Assembly (NCBI GenBank): GCA_043228905.1 | Contig: JBHGNT010000002.1 | Span: 14,136,001-14,200,000 of the forward strand | Length of the DNA stretch: 64,000 nucleotides | Direction: 5' to 3' | Source of the DNA: Azolla caroliniana | Taxonomy: Eukaryota > Plantae > Polypodiophyta | Shown here: in pieces, positions 48,591 to 62,166 of the stretch | How positions within the stretch are numbered: position 1 is the stretch's first letter | Layout: the number at the start of each line of letters is the position of its first letter | Position numbers and translations under genes: made by a program | The notes under the pieces: model-generated | The model's database searches: none | Seen by the model: only the letters and a program-made list of their open reading frames with translations | Told to the model about the DNA's origin: nothing

Positions 48591-51360
48591 CTCACGTCCA
48601 GCTGCTCTACCTCAAGGTTCATGCTTGCCGCTATACTCATCACCATCCGGATAGAGGTCATCTTTACAACCGGGGCAAATATCTCGTCAAAGTCCACGCC
48701 CCTTTTCTGCTGGAACCCCTTCACCACGATCCTGGCTTTGTATCTCGGGGCGTTGCTGGCATCTCCCGGTTTCAACTTGTACACCCACTTGTTTCGGAGT
48801 GCCCGCTTTCCTTTCGGTAACTCCACCAATTCATACGTATGGTTCTCATGAAGGGAATCCATCTCATCCTGCATGGCACTCCGGAACTCTCCGGGGGGGC
48901 CTTCTCTCTCTGAGAGGATATCTCCGTCTTCGGGCTTCGGTAACCGGTTCCTCCATTTGCTCTTCATCCGAATCCGATTCGAGGTCTTGGCCGGTTCCGG
49001 TCTCAGCTTCCTCTACTTCTTCTTCTGCTGGTTCGGTATCCTCACCGTAACCGGCTGGTTCCTCAAGTGCTAACCGGTCTCTTGCCGGTTCGGTCTGCTC
49101 ATCGTAGAGTCTATCCTTACTGGTCGACTCGGAGTTCATTATCTTCTTCTCCGACTCCCAGTCGGCGAGCGTCTTGTCCTCCCTGAAGATAATATCTCGA
49201 CTCCGGAATACCTTCTTGTCGGCCAGGTCCCAAACTCGGTAGCCAAACTCATCGTCACCGTAACCGAGGAATATGCATGGCCGGGTCTTTGGATCTAACT
49301 TTCCTCTCCGGTCCTTAGCTACATGCACGTACGCGAGACACCCGAACACCTTCAAATGCCGGTAGGACACTTCCTTACTGGTCCATACTCTCTGTGGCGT
49401 GTCTCCGTCCAAGGGTACTGAGGGTGATCTGTTATCACATATGTCGTCGTCGACAGTGCCTCAACCCAAAACTTCTTGGGTAGTTTTGCATGCGCTAGCA
49501 TACTCCAGACCCTCTCCATTATGGTCCGGTTCATCCTCTCGGCCAGTCCATTTAGTTCCGGCGTCTTCGGCACGGTAAATTCGAGCCGGATTCCCTTCGA
49601 GCGACAGTACTCCTCGAACTGCCCCCAGTATTCACCTCCGTTATCTGCTCGAACCGCCTTCAGCTTCCGACCGGTTTCTCTTTCCACTCTCGTGTGGAGC
49701 TCTTTGAAGACGGATAACACCTGATCCTTCGTCTTCAACGGTGTGGCCCACGGCTTCCGGCCGTGGTCATCTATGAACGTCACGAAGTACTGCGCTCCGG
49801 CATGTGACTTCGTGTCTACTTGACACACATCAATATGCACCAACTCCAGTGGTGCATTACGTCTCATCAGTGGCCTTGGTCGGAAGGAGGTTCGGTTTTG
49901 CTTACCGGCCAGACAATCAGTGCACTTCTCCAAGTGCACGTTCTTCACTGGAATGAGGTTGTCTTCTGCAAGCCTCTTCATCCCCTTCTCGCTCATGTGA
50001 CACAGCCTCTTGTGCCACAGCTCACCAACAGTGTCGGATGCTACGTTCACTTCTTCCGGACATAACCGGGCATTCATCAGGTACAGAGTGTTGACCTTCC
50101 AGGCCCGAGCCACAATCAGGCTCCCCTTGTTGAACTTCATGACACCGTTCCAGATGCTACCCGTGTAGCCTTCATCATCTAGCCGACCGGCTGATATCAG
50201 GTTCAGTCGAACCTCCGGAACGTGTCAAACATCCTTCAGCAACAACTTGCATCCTGTTGGTGTCGACAACCACACGTCTCCTATGCCGACAATTCGGCAT
50301 GTACCTTCATTCCCCATCCGGACACAGCCGTGATCACCAGCTGAGTAGGATCAGAAGCATTTTCGGTCCGGGGTAAGGTGGAACGACGCTCCAAAGTCTA
50401 CCACCTAGGTCATCTCGTCGCCGGCAAGGTTTGTCTCACTCTCCTCGGTGATGAGCATCAACTCTTCTTCACTTGCCGCAATTGCCATCGTCCCCTTCCG
50501 GTCCGGTCCCCTCCGGTCTTTACCGTTCCGGTCCGGTATCTGCTTCGAATCGGTACCGTCGGTTTCCTTGTCCTTTCGGAAATGCCGACAATTCTTGTGG
50601 AAGTGTCCCGGCTTGCCGCAATAGAAGCAAGTAGGTCTCCCCCTTGACTTTGACCGTGTTCCCGACTTTTCCCGGTTCTGAGGAGTACGGTTTCTTTGTC
50701 TTCCGCGTTCCGATTCGGTAAGTAGCGCTTTGGAGTCGGAGCTCGTATCTTTATCTTTCCGACGCGCCTCCTGCTCTAGCAAGCTCGACTTTACTCATGC
50801 TAGGGATAACCGTTTTCCTTGCGGCCCGGCGTTGCCCAAAGTGACAACCAACGTCTCCCAGCTATCCGGGAGGGAACCGAGCAGGAGTAGCGCTAGTACC
50901 TCATCGGCGAGAGGTACTTCCAATGAGGTTGCCTAGTGGATCAGCCCCTGGAAGGCATTCATGTGCTCCGCCATGCTGGAGCCATATTGGTACCAGAGTC
51001 TTACTAGCTTCCGGAATACCGAAACCTGATTAACAACATTTTTGTTTTGGAACATTATGCCAATCTTCTCCCAGAGCTCATGAGCCTTGCCCTCTTCATT
51101 GAAGTTGTTGTACAGGCTCATGTCGATGAAGCACCGTATGTACGCCGTTGTCTTCATGTGCATCACCTCCCATATCGCGGCGTCGATTTTGTCCGGTCTC
51201 TTGTCCCCGAACTGAACCGGTAGCCAGAGGTCTTTAACCACGAGCATGTCCCTCATCTTGGACTTCCACACTGAATAGTTGGAGCCGGTGAGCTTGATCA
51301 TGCCGCCAAACGATTCGTCCATTTTCTGTGTCGTTTTGCTCTGATACCACTTGAAGGGAA
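48591..51360 (-). mobile_element. Ty1/copia element G (PBS, gag, AP, INT, RT start)
   Basis: PBS TGGTATCAGAGC at 51349-51338. MIKLTGSNYSVWKSKMRDML; CFYCGKPGHFHKNC; VRADNGGEY; KARIVVKGFQQ. Confidence 0.92.
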
Positions 51361-52790
51361 CTTACCGGCTAACATCCGGTTTTCAACTAGGTATGTCCTT
51401 GTGTCCTCAAGCCGGTTTTCATTGTATGATCCAGAGTTCATCACCTTTTGCTCCAACTCCCAGTCGGCAATGGTCTTGTCTTCCATGAAGACTATGTCCC
51501 TACTCCGAAACACCTTCTTGTTGACCAGATCCCACAACCGGTAACTAAACTCATCATCGTCGTATCCAAGGAATATGCATGGTCGGGACTTCGGATCCAG
51601 CTTTGCTCTCTTGTCCATCACCACATGCATGTAAGCGAGACATTAGAACACCTTTAGATGCCGGTAGAATATGTCGTTATCGGTCCATACTTTCTGTGGC
51701 AAGTCTCCTTCTAAGGGTCATGAGGGTGATCTGTTTATCACATATGTTGCCGTCGTCAGCGCCCCATCCCAAAACGTCTTCAGTAACTTTGCATGTGCAA
51801 GCATGCTTCGGACTCTTGCCATTATGGTCTGGTTCATTCGTTCAACCAGCCCATTCAATACCAGTGTCTTCGGCACGATGAACTCGAGCCAGATTCTCTT
51901 CGACCAGCAGTACTCCTTGAACTGCCCCTGGTATTCTCCTCCGTTGTCTACTCAAACCGCACTCAGTTTCCAGTCAGTTTCTCTTTCCACTCTCACGTGA
52001 AGTTCCTGGAAGATGGATAGCATCTGATCCTTCATCTTCAATGGTGAGGCCCACAGCTTCCGGTTGTGGTCATCTACAAATGTCACAAAGTACTGCGATC
52101 TGGCATGTGACTTCATGTCCACCTGACACACATCGGTATGCACCAACTATAATGGTGCATTCCATCTCATTGATGGTCTTGACTGGAAGCAAGTTCGGTT
52201 TTGTTGTCCGGCCAAGCAATCGATGCACTTCTCAAGTCTCTTCATCCCCTTCTGGCTCATATGACACAATCTCTTGTGCCACAACTCACCGACAGTGTCG
52301 AATGCTACGTTCACTTCTTCCCGGTGTATCCGGGCATTCATTAAGTATAGTGTGTTTACCTTCCGGGCTCGAGCCACTATTAGGCTCCCTTTGCTGAACT
52401 TCATGACTCCGTTTCGGATGCTACCTATGTAGCCTTCATCATCTTGCCGATCGGCTGATATCAGGTTCAGTCGAACCTCTGGAACTTGTCGAACATCCTT
52501 CAGTAGTAACTTGCATCCGGTTGATGTCGTCAACAACACATCTCCTAAGACGATAATCCGGCATGTACCTTCAGTCCCCATCCGGACACAACCATGATCA
52601 CCGGCTATGTAGAATGAGAAGTATTTCTAGTGCGATGTCAGATGGAATGACGCTCCGGAATCAACAACCCACATTGTCTCGTTGCCGACAAGTTTTAACT
52701 CATTCTCCTCGGTAATGAGCATCAGTTCCTCTTCACTTGTCGCGATCGCCCACGTTCCTTTCCGATCTGGGCCTCTACAGTTCGAACCAT
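51361..52790 (-). mobile_element. Copia fragment H (AP-INT), inverted relative to copia I
   Basis: Reverse-complement homolog of about 52800-55440. Confidence 0.88.
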
Positions 52791-52799
52791 TTCATCGGT

Positions 52800-55700
52800 G
52801 GTCGGAGCGGACCGGTTCAGACCAGAAAGGGTCGGATCGGAAAGGAACGTTAGTGATCGCGACAAGTGAAGAGGAACTAATGCTCATTACAGAGGACAAT
52901 GAGTTAAACCTTGTCGGCGACGCAACAACATGGGTTGTCGACTCCGGAGCATCGTTCCACTTGACACCGGATCAGAAATGCTTCTCATCCTACACAACCG
53001 GTGATCATGGCTGTGTCCGGATGGGGAATGAAGGTACATGCCGAATTGTCAGCATAGGAGATGTGTTGTTGACGACACCAACCGGATGCAAGTTGCTTTT
53101 GAAGGATGCCCAACACGTTCCGGAGGTTCGACTGAACCTGATATCAGTCAGTTGGATAGATGATGAAGGCTACATGGGTAGCATCCAGAACGGAGTCATG
53201 AAGTTCTGCAAAGGGATCCTAATGGTGGTTCGAGCCTGGAAGGTCAACACATTGTACTTGATGAATGCCCGGATATGCCGGGAAGAAGTGAACGTAGCAT
53301 CCGACATTGCCGGTGAGCTATGGCATAAGAGGTTGTGTCACATGAGTCAAAAGGGGATGAAGAGACTTGTTGAAGACAATCTCATTCCGGTGAAAGAGGT
53401 GCACCGATTGTTTGGCCGGTGTCGTGAAGATTTTTAGCTACGGTGTGAAAATTGCATGGAATGTACAAAATCGAGTGTGGTTCTTCACACACAATATTAA
53501 ACAATAATAGTGACGATATTATTTTATATTAGTTTAATATCTTGGTCTGAAAAGATGGATGTCTTCAAGAGCTTCCAAATGTATTTTACTACATGTGTAA
53601 CGCACTACTTAGTCTCAAGTTATTTGAGTGTGAGATACCCACATAGATAGGACACCATCAGGATTCAAGAGTATATAACTAGAGCCATATCTCTTTATAT
53701 CTCATCTATGTGTTAGGAGCACAAAAAGGTTTGGTTGTATAACTTGGACGAATGGATGTGGCCAAGTTGTTCAAAATGGTTTTGGAGAACCAAAACAGAC
53801 AAACGGCGACGGAATCGGGACCGAGACCGGACCGGGACAGACGGTGACGAAACCGGACCGGATAGACGGATCGTTCGGATAGGTTGATCGCGATGATTTT
53901 GGTGTGATGAACAAAATCATTTAGACTAAAAAATCTAGTATAAATTTGTATACAAAGGGATGCAAGCAAGGCTTAAACCTTGCACCTCCAAGATAGGAGA
54001 CCATAAACTTACCACTAAGCCAAGTCATTTCTTTAGAAATGTTTTTTCTATCATTATACATTCACATGTAAATTCTCATATTACAGCTTGATTGAGTGAC
54101 ATGGTTATCATGCATCACATGTAATGCATGAGCGCCAAATGGAAAACATGCATCATATGCATTCCATGCATTGTATGCATGTCTTGTACCCTCACATGCA
54201 TTATATGCATGGGGGCATCTATAAAAGAGCGGATGAAAAAGATCAAAATGGAGCTATGTATTAATCAAGAATTTAATAAGAAGAAAATTCGTTATCCAAT
54301 TGATGATATATCTTGTTCCTCAAATCTAAAGTCAAGGGTTCAATCTTAATCTCTCTCTCCATGTCAATCTCTCTCAATGTAAAGTCAAGTGTTCTATCTT
54401 ATCTCAATCTCTCTCTCCATTTCAATCTCTCTCAATCTAAAGTCAAGCGTTCTATCTTATCTCAATCTCTCTCTCTTTCAATCCATCTTAAATACTTTCT
54501 CGCTAAAGCTAGTGCAAACTTTGAATCCTTCCGATCTAGGACCCCGGTAGTTCTGCCTCACGATCCACACATAGTGACAGATTTTCACGACACTGGCAAG
54601 CAAAACCGAACCTCCTTCCAGTCAAGACCACCGATGAGACAAAATGCACCATTGGAGCTGGTGCATACTGATGTGTGTCAAGTGGACACGAAGTCACATG
54701 CCGGATAGCAGTACTTCATGACGTTCATAGATGACCACGGCCGGAAGCTATGGGTCTCACCATTGAAGGTGAAGGATCAAGTGTTATCCATCTTCAAGGA
54801 GATCCACGCGAGAGTGGAGAGAGAAACATGTCGAAAACTGAAGGCGGTTCAAGCAAATAACGGAGGAGAATATCGGGGGCAGTTCGAGGAGTATTGTCGG
54901 TCGAAGGGAATCCGGCTCGAATTTACCATGCCGAAGACGCCGGAACTAAACGGGTTGGCCAAAAGGATGTATTGGACCATAATGGAGAGAGTCCAGAGCA
55001 TGCTCGCACATGCCAAGTTACCCAAGACGTTTTGGGCTGAGGTGCTGACGACGGCAACCTACGTGATAAACAGATCACTGTCAGTACCCTTGCGAGGAGA
55101 CTCACCTCAAAAAGTATGGACCGGTAAAGATGTATCTTACTAGCATCTAAAGGTGTTCGGGTGTCTCGCATACGTGAATGTGGCGAACGACAAGACAGCA
55201 AAGTTGGATCCGAAGTCCTAGCCATGCATATTCCTTGGATACGGCGATGATGAGTTCGGTTACCGATGTCGGATCTGGTCGACAAGAAGGTGTTCCAAAG
55301 TCAGGACATAGTCTTCATGGAAGACAGGACCATTGCCGACTGGGAGTCGGAGAAGAAAGTGATGAACTTCGGATCATCCAATGAAAACTGGTTTGAGGAC
55401 ACAAGGACCTAACCGGTTGAAAACCGGATGTTGGCCAGCAATTGCATGACACTCGACGAACCGGCCGGATATGGACAAGAAACCGAACCGATTGAAGAAG
55501 AAAAAGAAGAAGAAGAAGACACCGGAACTGGACAAGATCCCGAATCAGATGAGGATGAGGAACAAATGGAGGAACCGGTAGTCAGAAGCCAAGGACGGAG
55601 ATATCCTCTCTGAGAGCAAAGAGCCCCCCAGAGATTTCCGGATATAGAGCATGTGTTGCTAACCGATGAGGGGGAGCTGGAAAACTTTGAAGAAGCAAAG

Positions 55701-57738
55701 AGAGATGCCCACAGCTATAAGTGGTTGAGTGCCATGCAGGATGAGATGGATTCCCTGCATGAGAGCCATAAATATGAACTAACGGAGGTGCTGAAAGGGA
55801 AAATAGCACTCTGGAACAAGTGGGTATACAAGCTGAAACCGGGAGATGATGGAAACCCACCGAGATACAAAGCCCGGATCATGGTGAAAGGGTTCTAGCA
55901 GAAGAAAGGAGTGGATTTCAATGAGATCTTTGCCCCCGTAGTAAAGATGACATCCATTCGGACGATATTGAGCATAACGGCAAGCATGGACCTGGAGGTA
56001 GAGTAACTGGACGTCAAAACGGCATTCCTACATGGAGACCTCGAAGAAGAGATCTACATGCATCAACCGGAACGATTTGAGAAGAAAGGGAAGGAGCACC
56101 TAGTGTGCCGGCTGAACACGAGCTTTTACGGATTGAAGCAAGCTCCCCGGAAATGGTACCGGAAGTTCGACTCCTTCATGACTGACCAAGGGTACCATAG
56201 ACGCAGGCCGATCACTGCGTGTTTGTGAAGAAATTTGATGGAGGAGATTTCTTGATACTCCTCATGTATGTGGATGATATGTTGATCGTCGGACGAGACC
56301 AAGGCAAGATTCGGATGCTGAAGAAGGATTTGAATCGGACCTTCTCAATGAAAGACTTGGGTTCGGCAAGATAGATATTGGGAATGCACATAATTCAGGA
56401 CTGGTCAAAGAAGTTGTTGTGGTTGTCACAGGAGAAGTACGTGACAAAGGTGCTTCAACAGTTCAACATGTCGGATCGACACTTCCGGCAAATTGCAAGC
56501 TATCTAGAAAAGAAGGGTTTAGGACAAAGGCGGAGAAGAAGGATATGATGAAGATTCCATATGCTTGTGTTGTTGGAAGTTTGATGTACGCAATGGTATG
56601 TACCCAACAGGATTTCAGATATACAGTCAGAGTGGTGAGCCGGTTCATGAGCAATCCCGGAAGAGAGCACTAGAACGTGGTCAAGTGGATACTCCGGTAT
56701 TTGAAAGGCACCTCGAGTATGTGCCTCCGGTTCGTCTCTAGTAATCCCCAACTTGACGGACGAACTCGGATATGTCGACTGATGCGGATACCAACCTAAA
56801 CTTTCAGATATGTCATGACTTATGCAGGGGGAGTTGTTTCGTGGCAATAGAGGCTACAGAAGATAGTTGCGTTGTCAACCATGGAGGCGAAGTACATGGC
56901 AGTTGTGGAAGCCGGCAAGGAGATAATCTAGATGAAGGACTTCATCGGAGAGCTAGGGATCCAACAGGAGGAATACCGGGTCTACTACGACAATCAAAGT
57001 GCCATCCACTTTGCAAAGAACGCAGCCTACCATTCCCAGACGAAACATATCCAACGGAGGTACCACTGGATCCGGGAGAAGATCAAGAGTTCGTGTTGAC
57101 GGAGATCTAGACAGAGGAGAACAGTTCAGATATGTTGACCACGGTATTGACGACCGACAAGATGGACACGTGCCGAAAGCGGATTGGGTTGACGAGACAT
57201 CCCATGTCGGAATGAAGGGGGAGGTTGTTGGGAAGTCGGTCCCTCCGGATGGGATTTAGTCATGAATGAAGAGGAGCCGGTGAGAACCGGAAGAGAAGAC
57301 ATATTTGTAAATATGTTTTGAGTAAGCCTATTGAGGCTATATTTGTAAATATCCCTAAGGTCATATAAGTATAAATAGGACTTAGGGCAATCACTTTAGT
57401 GTTGTTGTAGTCATATTGTCGTATGCATAACTGTTGTACTGAGAGAGAGCGAGAGAGAAGATACACAGTGATATTTTGTTGTAACCGCCACTTGGCGAGG
57501 AAACAAAGTTCAAGGTCGTTGCCTCCGAGTCTCTGACTGTACCTTTCTCATATAGTGATAGTTCGGAGTCTGTGGGCTCCCATGGTTTTTCCCATTCAGG
57601 GTTTTCCACGTAAACATTCTGTGTACTCTTTTTTGGTGTATGTGTATTCATCTCTATTCCCATTTCTGTGTTTGATCCTTAAACGAAGTGATTCAAGGTT
57701 CGGTTATGGCCGAGCAATATTCCGCGCTATTCTCTACA
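52800..57738 (+). mobile_element. Ty1/copia element I, 5'-truncated (AP, INT, RT, RH, PPT, 3' LTR 57226-about 57738)
   Basis: WVVDSGASFHLT; YVDDMLIVG; VGSLMYAMVCT. PPT GAAGGGGGAGG at 57214-57224. Confidence 0.92.
53420..54592 (+). mobile_element. Solo LTR (1173 bp) with a 4-bp TSD, inside copia I
   Basis: TGTCGTGAA...TTCACGACA, flanked by CCGG / CTGG. CLAG|KQNR restored on removal. TATAAAA near 54220. Three tandem repeats of about 55 bp at 54319-54480. Confidence 0.85.
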
Positions 57739-58468
57739 CAAAGTTGGTGGCGTAATTAGTGAGTTGTCGACTTGTGGAAGCCGACACACGCTTCTTCTTT
57801 TGGCACTCTTCTTAGTGGTGTTCGATTTTGCTGCAATATCCGCACTCAATTAAGTTTTGTCGGCTTCAACCGGCATGGAAGCTCCCCCTTCTTTCGAACA
57901 GTCCTCGTTTGTTTCCGCTTTCATGCCAAAATTGGGAGTTGTTTTCATAAGTCGGACCTCATCCGCCTCGTCCTTGGCCGAATCGGCCTCTTCTTGTACA
58001 ACTGCGTCCTCTTCCTCCGTTCGAGTGCGAGTAGAGCATGTGGCCTTCTGAGGCATTCCTCCTTGTTCGAACATGTTTTTCTTCAACCAACAACATTGAT
58101 TGAAGATTGAAGAATGAGGGAGGATTCTCCCTTGTTAGAACGGCGGTTCTCATTGCGCCGAACTGTGGTGTGAGGCCGCCTACGCATATTTGCACTATCT
58201 CATCATCCTCTATGTTGACGCTTATTGAGTTGAGCGAGTCACAAAGCTCCTTGATCTTGAAGGTGTAACTTGTGATGGACATATCCCTTTGTTGTATGTT
58301 GTTCAACTCTTGGCGCAGTTGAAACTTTCTTGCGATTGTGTTAGCCACGAAACTCTTCCTTAGATTTTCCCACACTTCCTTCGACATCTTGGCTTCTCGA
58401 ATGTACCCACGCATGTGGTCATGGACACATGTCGCCAAACGGTACATCACTCGGCTTGCCGCTTGCAC
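57739..58468 (-). pseudogene. Copia gag fragment (F family)
   Basis: QAASRVMYRLATCVHDHMRGYIREAKMSKEVWENL...RQELNNIQQRDMSITSY. Confidence 0.88.
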
Positions 58469-58479
58469 ATTATTCGTTC

Positions 58480-61400
58480 ATATCAAGTGAAGTTGGTTAC
58501 GTCTACAAGCTTCCACACGTAACTCTTTTCATCATATCTTGCAAAAAATTGTGTGTATTGTCTAATGTATCACAACGAATCGTGACATCAACTAGGGCAC
58601 GTGGTTGAAAACCATACATCAAGATAAAAGGACTATATCCAGTGGATGTATGTTTAGAGATAGTATAGAAAAATTCTAAGATAGCAAGATATTGCTCCCA
58701 CATAGAAGGGGTTTTTGCTACCCAAATGGCATCGTGACCCCTTTGTGTAGGAGGTAAACTAACAATAAAATCCATCGAGATACTTTCCCATTTGTTTTTG
58801 GGAATATCTAAGGGATGTAAAAGATCAACAACTTTAAGTTATTCTTACTTATTACACATTGTAAGCATTGAGTCACATGTTTATGCATGTTAGAGCACAT
58901 CTTAGGCCAGAAAAAAGTACTCGAGATGAGAGTGAGTGTGCATTGTATTCTAGGATGATCAGCAAATGTTGCATCATGACATTCATGAAGAATTTTATGT
59001 TTTACGTTTGGTAAATCTAGAACACTGACCTTTCCACTAAGGTAGAGCAAACTGTTTGTAATGTGAAATGTCTCCTTCGAGGGTAGGGTGCTAGTAATAA
59101 CATCTAAATCAGATTCGGGTTTCATCCAGTATTTCGAGAAATAATTGTCATGAAGGTATTTCCTTCAAAAGGTGATCTAAAAGATCAGATTTTATTTCCG
59201 TGAAGCTAAGCATGTTAACTTCTTTAATGCGACTAAGAGCATCTGCAACAGTGTTTATAGAACCCTTGCGATATCGTATGGTAAAATCAAAATCTTGTAT
59301 AAGGTCAGCCGAATGGCTTTTACGACCAACAAGATCTGGTTGGTCACAAAAATACTTCGAGGATTGATGGTCTGTTGTAACCACAAATTGATTTCCATAG
59401 AGATAATGCTTCCATATTTTTAGTGCATGTATTACCGCAAACAACTCTTTCTCTTGAACCAAATACCGAGATTGAGTAGCATCAAGCTTTTTTCTTTCAA
59501 AAGCAATAGGGTGACCGCCTTCATAAAGGAAGGAACCAATAGCATAATCACTAGCATCGAATTCCAAGCATGGGGGGCTTGCTCCAAGCCGTAAAGTGAC
59601 TTCTTGAGTCTGGAGACTGCCGACAAAGTCTTGGAAGGGTCCAGTAGTAGAAGAGTGGGAGGTTGACACACATGCTCTTTGAGTGTCTCAAATGATGTCT
59701 CAAGTTTTTCATTCCAGGAAATTGGTTTGACAGACTTGCATGGGTGACCTTTTAAAAGGTTAGTTAATGGTGTAGTCAATTTGGAATAGTTATGAATTGA
59801 TTTTCATAAAAATCCAACAATTCCTAAGAATGATCAAAGTTCATGAATATTAGGAGGAATGGGTCAAAGTTTAACCTTTTCAATACGAGAAGGTTCAATT
59901 TCAATGCCATTTTCCATAATTAAATTACTAGGTACACAATAGATTTTTGGAAAAAATCACATTTTGAATGTTTTGCATAGAAAGAGTTGTCACGCAACTC
60001 TTGCAAAACAAATCGAACATGTTGAACATGATCTTGCAAGGTACAGCTATATACGAGAATATTATCCAAGATGACGACAACAAAATCACCGAGTTGATCT
60101 CAAAAAACGTTAGATGTGACTAGAGCATTAGTCAACCCAAAAGGCCTGACCAAAAACTCATAATGGTCATAGCGTGTACGAAAAGCGGTTTTAGGAATAT
60201 CATGCTCGGTAATGCGAATTTGATGATAACCTGTTTGCAAGTCAATTTACGTAAAATATTGTGCCCCATGAAAGCGATTGATCAAATCATCGGCACGAGG
60301 TAATGGATATGCATTTTTTATTGTCATTTTATTCAAATGACGATAATTGATACACATTCTCCATGAATGAACCTTCCTTCTTCTTCACTAATAGACCAAG
60401 GTGATTTACTATATACCTAATGTGACCCATACTCAAGTATTCCTTAAGTTGTTTGGCGATCTCATCCTCTTCTAATCGACTAAGTCGATAAGGTGGAATG
60501 CTAACAAGAGCAACACCGGGAATGAGTTCAATTTGATGGTCTGCATTAGGTTTTGGTGGTAAATTAAGCGGCAATTCATTAGGAAACACGTCTTGAAAAT
60601 CGTCCAAAATAGAGTCTAGTAATTGTCGTTCATAATGTAGAATTGTGTGGCGTCAACATTAAAATAATAAAATTGAAGCGCGGGATCAAATACACACGAA
60701 TAAATTGATGAAGTAGAATACTCATTTAAAGATCTATAAGACACAAGTGAACGAGAAGGAAGTTTGGAACATTGAATAAAATGTTCTTGTGTTCCATTGA
60801 TATACCTGACTACTCGAAGTAAATCATTAGGTCCAAGTAAATGTGAAGGAAAAGTGCGTTCACATGAACTTAAGTGGTTGGTATGAACTTCAATAACATC
60901 AAAAGACTCACCTGTGTGACTCATAGATTTGTCTTGAGGAGGGATGTTCATTGACTTCCTCTCAAGAAGATGACAAGTATCCTTTGTGTGGCCCTATTTC
61001 TTCCAATATGCATAGAAGAGGTTCGGTTTCTTGGAGTCGCGGTCAAGAGTGTTACTGGATTGCTTACGTTTCCCAATGAGCTTGACATTTGGAGTTTTGG
61101 CGAACTCAGGTTTATTGTGGTCTTTCTTGGAAGTCCTATGGTACTGAAGTACAATGTTGACGGCTTCCTAGAAAGTTGTGGGGTTCTTGTCATGGAAAAT
61201 CCAATGGTAATTCCCATTGGGAATACCATTCAAAAAGCAAGCAACAAACCATTTCTCACTTGTAAGTCCCGATTTTTGGATCTGGGTCCGAGCATGATGC
61301 ACATAATCCTCGAGAGAGGTAAATGGCTTACTGGACAACGTGAGCAAGTGTTGCGCTTGTTCCGTTTGAGAAGGTGGCTGCAAAAACTTTTTCTGAAAAA

Positions 61401-61726
61401 CATCAACAAAACCTTCCCAAGTCGTGGGTAAGTTCTTTGCAGTCCTTAAGCCGCACCACCAAGCAACAACTCAGCCACCTAACTCACAACCTAACCAATT
61501 TTTACAGCATCGGGCTTGGGATGGAGCTCAAAGTGAGACTCCCAATGACCAAGCCAAGTGATAATGTCCTCAATTCTTTCTTTCTTATCTCCCTTGAATG
61601 GCATGACTACAAAAGAAGGTTCACCTTCTCTCTTGGACTCAATAGTGAATTCTTGGAATTTCTTTTCCAAAGCCATATTAATGACCTACCCTCACCTATG
61701 TTATGTGTACATAAGAGCAGCGGAAG

Positions 61727-61775
<49 letters not shown>

Positions 61776-62166
61776 GAGGAGACGAGACGAGAGAAAGACA
61801 AGATAGAAGAGAGAAAATGAAGTACTCAAGAAGATGTATATTAACAAGGAGAATATGATGTACAAAAACGTAGCATTAGAAGGGAGGAGAACAGACACTA
61901 TATGAAGTATGAGGGTGCTTTATATAAGGTCACCCTCTCTCTTCATTAACTCACTACAACGCCCACTTTCTCTCTAGAACCTTGGGGAGTGTGAAGACTC
62001 ATTAGTCATAGGGAATATGGAACTCATTAGTTATGTGTAATAGAATATGATTTTATGACACATAGTTAGTGTGTAGAGAGTAGTGGTGACTTTTGACCTT
62101 TGAGTGCTCATAGATTCTCAAATGGTGTGTTCACACACTAGACTAAGTTGAGCTTGATTCTTAACA
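58480..62166 (-). mobile_element. Highly degenerate Ty3/gypsy element J (chromovirus-like pol) with LTR-like 61699-62166
   Basis: FQDVFPNELP.NLPP...DHQIELIPG; [13 protein letters not shown]; DASDYAIG..EKELFAVIHALKIWKHYLYG; MDFIVSLP. TG..CA block contains (GT)n. Confidence 0.82.
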
